Source of the DNA: Vitrella brassicaformis CCMP3155
Lineage: Eukaryota > Protista > Chromerida
Assembly (NCBI GenBank): GCA_001179505.1
Contig: CDMY01000802.1
Span: 62,001 to 126,000 of the forward strand
DNA: 64,000 bases
Reading direction: 5' to 3'
Shown here one piece after another: positions 24,360 to 34,859 of the stretch. Both the position numbers and the translations under genes were made by a program. The notes beneath the pieces were generated by a model, which worked only from the letters and a program-made list of their open reading frames with translations, had not been told where the DNA came from and searched no databases. Position 1 is the first letter of the stretch, and each line of letters begins with the position of its first letter.

Positions 24360-24629
24360 TGGCGCTACAATTTAGCAGCCGCTCGCCGCCGAGAACTCTG
24401 ACGCGGCAGATCTCCGCTGCTCCACGGGATTTGCGTTGGAGGGATCTCCATTCTAAGCTCGCAGGCGAAAACGGTTTAACGCAGTGCCCCGGAAGGAACC
24501 GACGGAGGGAAGGGCCTGGGCTGCAAGATCTACGTGAAGGTCTGGCAAAATCGGCTCGGACGGCAACCGGCAAGTCCCTTCCGTCTCTGGCAACGCAGAC
24601 AAGATGGTGCCATCCAACAGGAGTGTCGC

Positions 24630-24986
24630 ATGCGTTAGTAGCTGCCCGTTGATGCAGTGATCAACCTGTTCCTGGGCGTCGTGTTGCTGCTCTTCTCCTC
24701 CTCCTCCACGGAGCTTCCGGCGATCTTTGGCATCCCGAGGTCCGACAGCTCCTTCTACCCCGCCATCGCACTGCTTGTTGAGGCGTTCCGCAAACCCGGC
24801 GCCGTGGGGCTCGGACTCGGTGGTACTGTGGCCATCAACCTCAGCGGAGGCATCGTGCTCGTGTGCTGGCTTGTTTCCGGCGGGCTCGGCTTGCCTACCA
24901 AGGGGGTGGTCATTCTTTGGGCATTGGCCGTAGTGCTGGTGCTCATCAGCAGCGCGGAGCTTCTTGCCCATTGGTTGACAGACTGA
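24630..24986 (+). pseudogene. Intronless 4-TM bacterial-type hypothetical membrane ORF (interrupted start; CDS or pseudogene)
   Basis: ATG CGT TAG TAG CTG CCC GTT GAT GCA GTG ATC AAC.. reads MR**LPVDAVINLFLGVVLLLF..FYPAIALLVEAFRKPGAVGLGLGGTVAINLSGGIVLVCWL..LPTKGVVILWALAVVLVLISSAELL. No introns or microsatellites. AGGAG at 24619-24623, 6 nt before the ATG. Confidence 0.5.
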
Positions 24987-25171
24987 TCATCTGTTAGTAC
25001 GCCAATCGTAGGCAGACACGAAAGGGGGTCTTTGACCTTTGCTTGGTGTGTGCACTGTCGTCCCTTTGTCTGTGTGTGTTTGTCGATTGGCAGCTGCCTT
25101 GATTCATCCACCATCCACGCATCTGGAACGGCATCTGCCTTGATCCTTTGATTGCGCCGCTGTGACTGAGA

Positions 25172-25892
25172 ATGGGCACTAAGGGTGTTGCGGGTTTTCG
25201 GTGGCGCGGCCGCACCATAACGGTCTACAACTGCTTTGACAGCTACCCGTCTGGCCTGGGGGTTGCGGTGCTGCTGCAGCTCCTGTGGGAAATGATGAGG
25301 GACCCTGACCTCACACGCTGGAAGGAGCAGATCGACAGGCTCGAGAAGGTCGAAATTCCCGACCTCTGGCAGGCAAGCTCGACAGACAGACAGATCATGG
25401 GATAGATGGGATGTGTGTGGTTGTTTCGTTGACCTTGCCGTCTGTGTGTGTGTGTCTGTGTGTGGTTCCGTGTGTGTGTGTGTGTCTGCGCAGCTGCAGC
25501 GCAACCACAACGGGCTGCAGCTGCCGAGAGTGTTGGACATGGGCATGTACTGCCACGAGGAGCCGCTCACTGCATGCGACCTCTTCAGACACGTCCGCTC
25601 ACACACACACACACACACCTCTCTTCCATCTACCTCTGCGTGTGTGTGTGTGTGTGTGGATCATCAGTATGGTTACTGGATAGACTTGGACAAGAATCGC
25701 CTGATCTTTGCCACCATGCGCGAGAACGACACTGGAGGCACCGAGTACGACGGCGGCACCTACAGCTACATCCCATTCGACACCCTCCCCAAAGGCGAGC
25801 CCAAGAAGACCGACCTGGAAAGACTGTTCGAACAGCCCAACCTGAAGCCGATGCCCCGGAGTGACATCCTGGAGCTGTATGGCGTCGATTGA
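25172..25892 (+). CDS. Uncharacterised protein of the MGTxG..YxxxDSYP..YxIDLD family (3 exons)
   Basis: MGTKGVAGFRWRGRTITVYNCFDSYPSGLG.. / LQRNHNG.. (GC donor at 25373) / YGYWIDLDKNRL..ELYGVD*. Confidence 0.75.
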
Positions 25893-26284
25893 GACCGACG
25901 GGGATGCGGAGGACGACAGTGACTGAATGACTGACTCAATGAATGAATGAGCGGGCAGCCAGTGACGGCGGGTGTGTGTGGATGAGTGAGTGAGGGGGAG
26001 ACTGCAGTCATGACGGCATTATTATGATCTGCACGGTGGGTTGCGTTTTTGTGTGCTTTTTGAGTACTATACTATCGCACAGGGGATTGGTGAGGGCGTG
26101 GTTTTCCTCGTCGAGTAGAGTGGCTCGTGTGCCTGCCTGCCCGCCCTGTGTCCTCCTGTCTGTCTGCTCTTCCTTCCAGCGACTACGCACCTTGTCGGAG
26201 GTATAGACGGGACTCGCGACGCAGATCCACATAAAAAACACGATGCGAGATGTCCACTTCGCATCAAAAGGTGTCTCGTCAAAC

Positions 26285-26640
26285 CCTATATCAATACGCA
26301 CACTGCATGTCTTTACAGTTGTTCCCGGTCTGACAAGGCAACCAAGGCAGTCAGTCGAGTAAACCCGACTGACGCCATTTATTCGCTCAGCCATGACAGC
26401 AAAAAGCCTGTCGAGGCGCACACACTCTCATGCAGCCACCAGATCAGCACGAAGAGACACATACATGCCAGGCAGACAGGCAGACAGAGAGGCAGACAGG
26501 CCGTTTATGTCACAGGGACGACAGGCAGGCCCGATTGACCGCCCCTGGCTCCCACAAACATGCACACAAAATGGCCTCAGGAGAGAAAACAAAGAGAGAC
26601 TCACATTATGCGATAGAACATCAAAGGGAGGAAAGATGCA
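26285..26640 (-). repeat. Dispersed repeat R (3'-associated), copy downstream of TLDc copy 2
   Basis: About 300 bp highly similar to 32757-33090; core CTATCGCATaATGTGA at 26601-26616 (minus). Confidence 0.85.
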
Positions 26641-26719
26641 ATACAACATGCGACAGGACATGGCAGGGGGGGGGGAAGGACAGAGAGAGCGCATCAGGAA
26701 AAACACCCACATGACTTCC

Positions 26720-27549
26720 TCACTGTTCCACATTCACCCACAGCACTTCTATCTCGTCCGCCATAAACTCATACGACCCACCCAGATAAGCATCGCCCTC
26801 CCCATCCCCGGCCCCCGTGTAGCCCTCAGGCACGTCGTCGCTGCCGATGTACTGAAGGCAGCTGCGGATGTCGTCAGCAGGCTGCTGACTGCCATGGCCA
26901 CCAAAGCCCAACTCCAGCTCCGTACCGATAGCCATATTCACCAATTCTTCCGCCTCCGCCCCTGTCACATACACAAAGTGCCTCTCTCGGTCGATGTCAA
27001 TCTTGGTCGGCTTGGGGAAGTGGCCGGCCAGTGAGAACCACAACACATCACTGTCGTATCTGTGGCTGTCGGTCGGGCCGTCGGGCATCTGGATACCCTC
27101 ACTGATGTAGGCGCCGAACAGATACTGGTCCTTCCTGATCACCAACACGACAGGCCCCAAGCCGCTCGCGTAGCCCAGCAGATCCCAATAACTGGTGCCG
27201 TCCACAGACGTTCTGCACACCACACACACGCGCGCACAACACACGGAGAATCATCGGCCAGCTGTTGTCAGGGCGTGTGTGTGTCTACCGGTAGCGTGTG
27301 TCGAGTTCCGTGGCGTTGAGGAGACCGAGCAGCCCCTCTTGTTCAGACATAGACAGCGACGTGACGATTGGCCGGGACTGCATTCGACGGACCTGCACCG
27401 GCTGAGACTCGTGAGTGAGTGAACACCCAGGAATGCATCAATCACATGGCATGTGGACATACCTGTTGTGCACGTCTCGCCTCAACGTGGTCCCACGCCA
27501 CACAAAGAAACATCACCATCAGCATGAGAGCACTCCACGCAGCCGCCAT
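26720..27549 (-). CDS. Signal-peptide TLDc-domain protein (3 exons), copy 2
   Basis: MAAAWSALMLMVMFLCVAWDHVEARRAQQ / ..LLGLLNATELDTRYR / TSVDGTSYWDLL..KDQYLFGAYIS..WFSLAGHF..LGGSYEFMADEIEVLWVNVEQ*. Confidence 0.85.
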
Positions 27550-27740
27550 CGTGTGAACTAAGGGCAAGAGGACGAGAGAGGATGAGAGAGCAAACAGATT
27601 TCTGTTTGTTGAGTCGGAAGACGAAGACGAAGACACAGAGAGGAGGAAGAGGAGAGAGAGAGAGAGTCGAGGAGATCTTCGAGGGATTTGTAAGGCGAGC
27701 TGAAGCTAGTACCCTAGCCCAGTTCAATTAAAAGCCACGC

Positions 27741-27779
27741 ACCCTAGGGTTTGGGCAGTAGGGCTTAGGGTTTAGGGTT
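27741..27779. repeat. Short telomere-like motif cluster (TTAGGG/TTTAGGG) in a divergent promoter
   Basis: accctagggtttggg..cttagggtttagggtt between head-to-head TLDc and NYN-TLDc starts. Confidence 0.45.
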
Positions 27780-27970
27780 CCCTGAGCCGCTGAGAACAGT
27801 GCTCTCTCCCGATTGTTGGCGAGATCTCTGAGTGGGTGGCTGCCAAAGCTTAGTAGCGGACAGGTACGAGAAAATGAGCATCACTCATTCGCATCGATTC
27901 ACTTATTCTCTTGCCCTGCATGCATGTGGGTTGTGATTGCTTTGCAGGTTGGAGCACCCGTTGGGACAGC

Positions 27971-28995
27971 ATGGCGTTGACGAAGCCGAAAGCCGTGTTC
28001 ATCGTCGATGGGTCCTACATACAGGCGCGAATTCGCTCACACACATGCAGCAGGAAACGGCCGAATGGCGAGTGTACGTGTGATTTGTTTGTTGTCTTGT
28101 TGGTGTGTTCAGGACAGCTTCAAGGCGAGGCGGGGGTCCGACATGAGTGGTGACGTGTGCCTCAAAATGCTCGAGTATGCGGCGGCCACGCTGGGAGTGG
28201 ACAACGTCCAGACGTACTTTGTCGACGGAGATCCTGACAAATGGTGACACTTACAGACACAGAGCGCTTTACGCCATACAGCTCTCCTGGCTGTGCTTCC
28301 TGTAGGTACTCGAAGGTGGCTCGCGGCAGGACCGCAGATCTGATTCAGAAGAAGAACAAGCGCATCGTCCTCCACGACCACTTGCGTCACCAGCGGTGCA
28401 TCAGCTCGCGAGTCACCGTGGAGCTGTGCGATTTCAAGAAGCAGAGCGTGGGCTACAACGAGAGAGGAGAAAGGCTCCAAGGTGAAAGGGACGACCGTCA
28501 GGGTGTGGGTGTGTGACGTACAATCTCTGTGTCTGTCTGTCTGTCTGTCTGTCAGGTTGGGTTCAGGGTGGCGACGTCATGATAGTTCGCAGGATGCTCA
28601 AAACGGCATTTGGTAAGTCGGCGAAGCAAGGCCATGACGACGGAGAATGACTCGCATGTGTCGTTGGCCGCATCAGAGAACTCGCGCATCGGTGCAAGGG
28701 AGTCCGCAGCGTCTTCATCAGCCGAGTGCAGTGACGGAATCACAACAATCGTCCTGTAAGTACACAAACGGGGCAAGAGAGAGAGAGGGACAACATGACA
28801 CACATCGGTTGATGCATTGCTTCAGGGTTGCGGGTGACAAGGACTTCTCGGACATCATCGACGACTGCCGCCAGCTGGGGCTCAAGGTGGCCATCTGCGG
28901 ATATGAACATAACATGGCGTAAGACACACACATGCAGACACACTCGGCGAGTGGCACACCAACTCTTTCCCACTCTCCCTTTCCGTGTGTGTGTA

Positions 28996-29032
<37 letters not shown>

Positions 29033-30044
29033 GGGTGAGTTGAAGGAAAAGCCCAATGAGATTCGCATCATCTATTTGGACCAGTGGCCCGCCGACAGCA
29101 GCGAAGGCGCGAGGCAGCGCAAAGCCAGTAGCCCTTCCACCCGATTGCAGCCCAGACCCACGCCTCAGGTACGCTCATTCATATGAGCCAGCAGCCAGAC
29201 ACACGTGAGGCCCTCTGCCCCGTTTGTGTCGATGTGCAGCCTTCGTTTGAGCACGGCGGCCCCTTTGCCAACCGGCGGCAAGCGCCGCCAGCTGGTAGGC
29301 CCAGCTGCCAGCCGTACAAATGTGTGTATGTGGATGGCTATGTGTGTACATACATAATAGGTGGCGACGGCTCGTTTAGTGGTGTGGCTGCTGCTGCTGT
29401 GTGGAAGTCATCGAAGGACGTCCTCGATCGCATATTCCCTCAGTGGCTGGGGCGCGCCACAGAGCTGAAGGTGCTCTACCGGTAAGTCGGTGACACACAC
29501 CTGCAGTGGTGCAGGTTGCATGGCGTGTGTCTGTGCCTTCGCGCTTGTGATGTCTATCAGGTCTAGTCACCACGGTGTTACGTATGGTGACCTGCTCGAC
29601 CGTGTGGGCGCCGAGAAGCCGCTGGCGGTCATCATCCACAAGGACCAATACCACTTTGGCGTGTACATCAAGGGCGGCCTCCAGCTGCCCGACGACCCAA
29701 GCAAGAGCCGCACAACAGAATGTCGTGTATGGTATTTCTCGCTGACCGACCACTTCGGCCAGCCGACCAAGATCGACATCGACCCACGTCTGCAGTTCGT
29801 GGAGGTGGCGGGGAGGGAGGGGTCTGTGAATAGTGGGTGTGTGTCAATCGGTGGGCGTCTGCAGCTGGGTGTCGCCCATTGTGGGCGGCCTGCTGGGGAC
29901 CTTTTCAGCTGCTGCCAGCTTACCCCCAGCTGTTATGTGCCTGCGGGCTACATGGGGCTGACGAATAGCAGGGGCGATGCTCTGCTGGGTGGGTCGGAGC
30001 TGTTCCATGCGGATGCGATAGAGGTGTTCCATGTGGGGCAGTGA
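27971..30044 (+). CDS. NYN (LabA/DUF88, PIN-like ribonuclease) domain fused to a TLDc domain
   Basis: MALTKPKAVFIVDGSYIQ / ..YFVDG.. / QGGDVMIVRRMLKTAF / GITTIVLVAGDKDFSDIIDDCRQLGLKVAICGY (NYN) / linker / ..WLGRATELKVLYR / SSHHGVTYGDLLDRVG..YHFGVYI..WYFSL..LGGSELFHADAIEVFHVGQ*. Junction phases are consistent across the NYN-TLDc boundary. Confidence 0.8.
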
Positions 30045-30222
30045 GTGAGTGAGGCGGTGGGGAGTGGGATTGCTGTTAGTTGGTGTGTGCATAGGTCGGT
30101 CCATCTGCCTAGGTGTGTTGACAGAATGCGGCTGTGTGAGGGGGGACCCACGTGAATGTATGTGCAATAGTGACAGGACCGTGCGGATGAACGATCAATC
30201 AATTCTTCTCGGTCGCATGCAA

Positions 30223-30650
30223 ATGTGTCCACGCAGCTCAGCAAATAGTCGATAAATCCACGAGCACCGAACACCACACACATTACGATAGCCAAGGGCT
30301 GCAGCAAGCCCTCTACACCATCCCCTCACCGCTTCGTTCGCTCGTTAGGTGCTCATTACAGACAGACACACACACACACACACACGTTAGGCAGAAAGGC
30401 CGTGGAGATCACAGGGAATCGTCAGGTGATGGTTCGCTGTTTAGGTCAATCGAGCCTGCCTACGTTCATCGACGCATGAATGCATACACCCATTGAGGCG
30501 TCCGTCCATCTACACGTACTGGCAGTCGCACGGGCGAGTGTGTGTGTGTGTGTGTGTTTTGACAGTGCGTGTTTTGAGTGGATGACAGTGTGTGTGAATA
30601 ATTCAATGACCAAACGAAGAAACGACAGTATATCAATACGCACCGACGAT
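30223..30650. repeat. Dispersed repeat R, composite partial copy
   Basis: 30223-30315 is the reverse complement of 53468-53562; 30440-30650 matches 32536-32745. Confidence 0.75.
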
Positions 30651-31091
30651 GAAGTCGGTATGCCATAGGTGGCTGCATCCGTCACCCACCATCAGGCATG
30701 TTATATGCGCTCTCTTCTCGAGTCCGTTCGTCCATGTGTGTGATGGCTGACTGACCGCATGGATGTTTGTCGCCCTTGAGCAGTGATTTGCTGTCAACCA
30801 CAGCAGCAGCCGACGATGAGCCGGCCGCCATCACCCCTCACAACACAGGCCTGCAGCATTACGCCCGTAGGTTCACAGAAAGGCCCCTCTCTCACCTCTG
30901 GTGACTGTCAGTCGGCTCAGTGTTGATTCGAATGATTCGATTCGGCGCTTTGTCTGCTGATTGACTCACTCTCCCGACGGACAGCCGTCTGACGACAGAA
31001 AAAAGGAGAACAAACGCCACGTTCTCAAAGGATTGCCTCAGATCTCTAAGCTCGCAAACAGTGCAATCCTGTGTATCACTCGTGTGTTCAG

Positions 31092-31246
31092 GTGCATTTG
31101 CGTCGTGTGCAGAGTGACCCGCCCAACGGCACTTCGCTGTCTGCCGCATTGTGTGAGGGGCTGCTCGATTTGATGGGTAACGAGACCACACGACTGACCT
31201 CACTCTACCGGTACACACACAAACACACACACACACACACACGCAC

Positions 31247-31281
<35 letters not shown>

Positions 31282-32059
31282 TGCGCAAATGTGTGAGTGT
31301 GTGTGTAATGCAGGACATCTGTTCACGGCACCAACTATAGCGATTTGCACGACCGTGTCGGTGACAACACCGGCATGGACATCACTACATGAGGCACGCA
31401 ATCTCGCTGCTTCTCTTCTTCTCTGTTAGGTCTTCGCTACCGTCTTCGCATCTCGACGGAACCACCTGCTAGACGGAGTGGGCGACGCGGGGCCTCTCGT
31501 GGTGGTCATCAAGAAGGATCAGTACGTGTTCGGCGCCTTCATCAGTGGCGGCATCCAGTCGCCCGACCACACGGCAGGGGGCGGCTTCTATAAATGTGAT
31601 GGTACGGCTATCTTTCACTACGATATGATCTACGACGGATTTCGCACATACGAGTGTGACGTGTGGCACTTCTCGCTGGCCGGCCACTTCCCCCAACCGA
31701 CCAAGATAGAAGGAAACCCAGAGCGGCAGTATGTGGGGCTTCTTTCGGAAAGATGGGCGAGTATGTATATCGGAGGCCCTGGGCGTCTGTATTTGGGGCC
31801 TGCTGCCGACATCCGAAACTGCTCTCAGTGGACGGACAGCGAGTATGTGCCTGATGGCTATACGGGAGAGAGGATTGAGTTGGATGGCGATGCTTTCTTG
31901 GGTGGGTCGTACGAGTTCACGGCTGATGAGATCGAGGTACTGCATGGGAGCGTACAGCAGCAGCAGACTGAGGGCAGGACGAAATCGGTCGCCAGCCGCA
32001 CGCAAGTGGCCACGGCGGTGCTCGTGGGGCTGACCGCGTTCATCTATGCCGCATCTTGA
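31092..32059 (+). CDS. TLDc-domain gene, copy 4, with duplicated/broken exon start and C-terminal hydrophobic tail; no signal-peptide exon found
   Basis: Exon VHLRRVQ..TRLTSLYR (31092-31210); first TSVHGTNYSDLHDRVG copy stops at ~31391; second copy resumes LLDGVGDAGPLVVVIKKDQYVFGAFIS..FTADEIEVL..VATAVLVGLTAFIYAAS*. Confidence 0.6.
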
Positions 32060-32232
32060 TGGATTCATTCATGACCTGGCGTGTATTGCGGTCTCTAGCC
32101 GACATCCGCGGCTGCTTTCAAGCTATGTGTTTGTGGGTGTTGAAGGGGTCGCCGACGTGCAACACAAGGGGCAGTCACTAAGTGAGATGTCTGTATGTAT
32201 GTATGTGTTTCTCTACTGCCCCTTTTCATATC

Positions 32233-32345
32233 CTATCGCACGATGTGAGTGGCCGTCTTTCTCACTGTCTCTCTTTCTCTCTTCTGGTAAAGTGGCAAAG
32301 TGCCACCAGAGGTCAATCGGGCCTGCCTGACAAAGTGTGTGATAT
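32233..32345 (+). repeat. Dispersed repeat R, degenerate copy downstream of TLDc copy 4
   Basis: CTATCGCACGATGTGA..GGTCAATCGGGCCTGCCTG. Confidence 0.7.
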
Positions 32346-32535
32346 GTGTGGCCTGCCTGCCTGCGTGCGACAATGCTCACGTGTGTGTCTGCCATAATGT
32401 GTTGGCAGACATGTCCGTCTGTCTGACTGTCTGTCTGTCTGTCTGTGTCTCTTGTCGCTCCCTTTTTCCTCATCCTTTCTACCTCTGGTGTCAGCTGAGT
32501 ATTGTCAATCGAGCCTCGCAGACAGACGTAGGTTG

Positions 32536-33090
32536 TTGTAGGTCAATCGATCCTGCCTACGTTCGTTTTTTGCCTGCTTCAGTATATTGACTGGCAGAAA
32601 ACTTCAGTATATTGACAGTGACGTATTGAAGTTTGAGTGGTTGACTGACAGCTACAAAGGGTCCCACTCATGAATGCATACACCCATTGAGGCGTCCGTC
32701 CATCCACACGTACTGGCAGTCTCACGACTAAACGAAGGAACGTGCATGTTTTCCATTTGTTCCCGGTCTGACAAGCCAAACAAGGCACTCGGTCGATTAA
32801 ACCCGACTGACGCCATTTATTCGCTCAATCCATCAGCCATGACAGCAAAAAGCCTGTCGAGGCGCACACACTCTCATTCACCCACCAGATCGGCTCGAAG
32901 GAGACACATACATGCCAAGCAGACAGACAGACAGGCAGGCAGACAGGCAGACAGAGAGACAGACAGGCCGTTTCTGTCACAGGGACAACAGGCGGGCCCG
33001 ATTGACCGCCACTAACTCCCACAACGTGCACACAAAACGGCCTCACGAGAGAGAGAAAAAAAGCGATTCGCATCATGCGATAGCAGGAAA
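32536..33090 (-). repeat. Dispersed repeat R, copy downstream of TLDc copy 5
   Basis: Matches 26318-26635 and 30440-30650; core at 33068-33083 (minus). Confidence 0.85.
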
Positions 33091-33137
33091 GAACGAGTGG
33101 TCAGCAGACGCGCAAAAGACATCCGCCTCACTCATGA

Positions 33138-33976
33138 CTACTGCACTACATGCAACACCTCTACATACCCACCGAGATACACACTGCCAGTAAGCTCCTC
33201 TCTGACCCTCGTATAGCCCTCAGGCACATACTCGCTGTCGCTGACCTGAAAGCAGCTGCGGATGTCGGAAGAAGGCCCTCGTGGATAATTACCCCAGCCC
33301 AACCACAGAGCCCCACCGATAAGCACATTTGCGGACTCATCCGCATTCCCCTCCCTCCCCGCCACAGCCACATACTGCTCCTCTCGTGGGATCTCGATCT
33401 TGATCGGTCCACCAAAAGCGTCGGCCAGTGAGAACCACCACACATCAGACTCGTACTCGCGGCTGTCGAACGGATCGTCGGGCAGCCGAAGACCCTTGCT
33501 GATATAGACGCCGAAGTCGTGTGGACCGTTCCTGACCACAAACACGATAGGCTTCGCGTCGCCCACTCGGTCCAGCAGGTCGCCGTAGGTGGTGCCGTGC
33601 ACAGACGTCCTACACACACACACACACACACACACAGACATGCACACAGACAGAGAGCCATCTGCCAGCTGTTCGTGTCAGGGCATGAGATGTGTGTCTA
33701 CCGGTAGAGTGAGGTGAGTTGTGTGGTGTCATTGCCCCCCAGCAAATCCAGCAGCCCCTCATACTCTGACGCAGACAGCGACGTGTCGTCAGGCGGGGAG
33801 GCCTCCTGCACACGACGCAAATGCACCTGAGCACGAGCCATGCACACCGGAGCATCAAAAGAATGAATATGAGTGAATGGGATGGTGTGCGTGTGTGTGT
33901 CTACCTGTTGTGCCTTGACAGCCGTCCATGCCACAGAGCAGAGAATCAGCAGGACACCCACGGCACGGGCCGCCAT
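33138..33976 (-). CDS. Signal-peptide TLDc-domain protein (3 exons), copy 5, short deletion in terminal motif
   Basis: MAARAVGVLLILCSVAWTAVKAQQ / VHLRRVQ..TQLTSLYR / TSVHGTTYGDLLDRVG..LGGYVEVLHVVQ*. It lacks the SxxFxADE segment seen in the siblings. Confidence 0.8.
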
Positions 33977-34859
33977 GAAGGACTGATTCAGAACGGGAGA
34001 CGGGAGGATCAGAGTCTTCTTATCTTCTTCAGACAGACAAACGAGAGGAGAATTTCTTTCCCTCAATCGTAGATCCCACCAGCCTTATAAGCCGCCTGCC
34101 CTCCAATTGTTAACGGATTCACAGATGCCCTACCCAAGCTCTTCGACGGTTTTTGAATGAGTTTTGATCCCTCGAGGACTCACACGAGCTGCCGGCGGTG
34201 CATACAGACCCAACCCACTTGTATGCAGGCCTTGCGGTGGTCTTTCGGCGTGCGATCGATTATACGTATCTGTATCTCTCCTCGCTCCCTCGCTCTTTGG
34301 GAGAGCTGGTGAGTGATAGATACCTGACGCGCGACTGACGCGACGCTCGTACGCTGATCGCCTTGTTTGTGATTGCCCCGTGACAGCGAGGATAGAGACG
34401 GTATGGGCGGTAGGGGGGACGACGGCCGTGTGGGCACCGTTGGAGAAAGCGAATGCGTGTGTGGTGTAGATGTGGTCCTTGTGGCACAAGAGAAGGAGAG
34501 ACGACGCTTGTGGACGCGAGAGGAGGTGGGTGTGCTTGTGTGCGTTGGTTGCCGGTGTGTACGGGGACGTGCTGGTCGGTCCGGGGTGTGTCTGTAGTCC
34601 TTCACTCCTTCACAGTGTGCTTGTGCTCCTCCCTCCCTCTCTCTCTGTGTGTGCAGGCCGGCGGATGATCTGTGTACAGATGAGCGGACACACACGCATC
34701 AAGAGTGAGTGAGAAAGCAAAGCACATCATTCCCTCTCTCGAGCAGACACGTGCATCTGTCTGTCTGTCTGTGTTTGTATCTATCTGCCTCTGTGCGTGT
34801 GTGTGCTTAGTTACTGTGCGGCCCTCTCGAGAATCCAAGACACAAAGTTGCCCTCTCGG

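Noticed and set aside
32577-32616. 15-bp direct repeat cttcagtatattgac with 10-nt spacer (CRISPR or TSD?)
   Set aside because: Only two units and too short for CRISPR; no element lies between them. A local micro-duplication.
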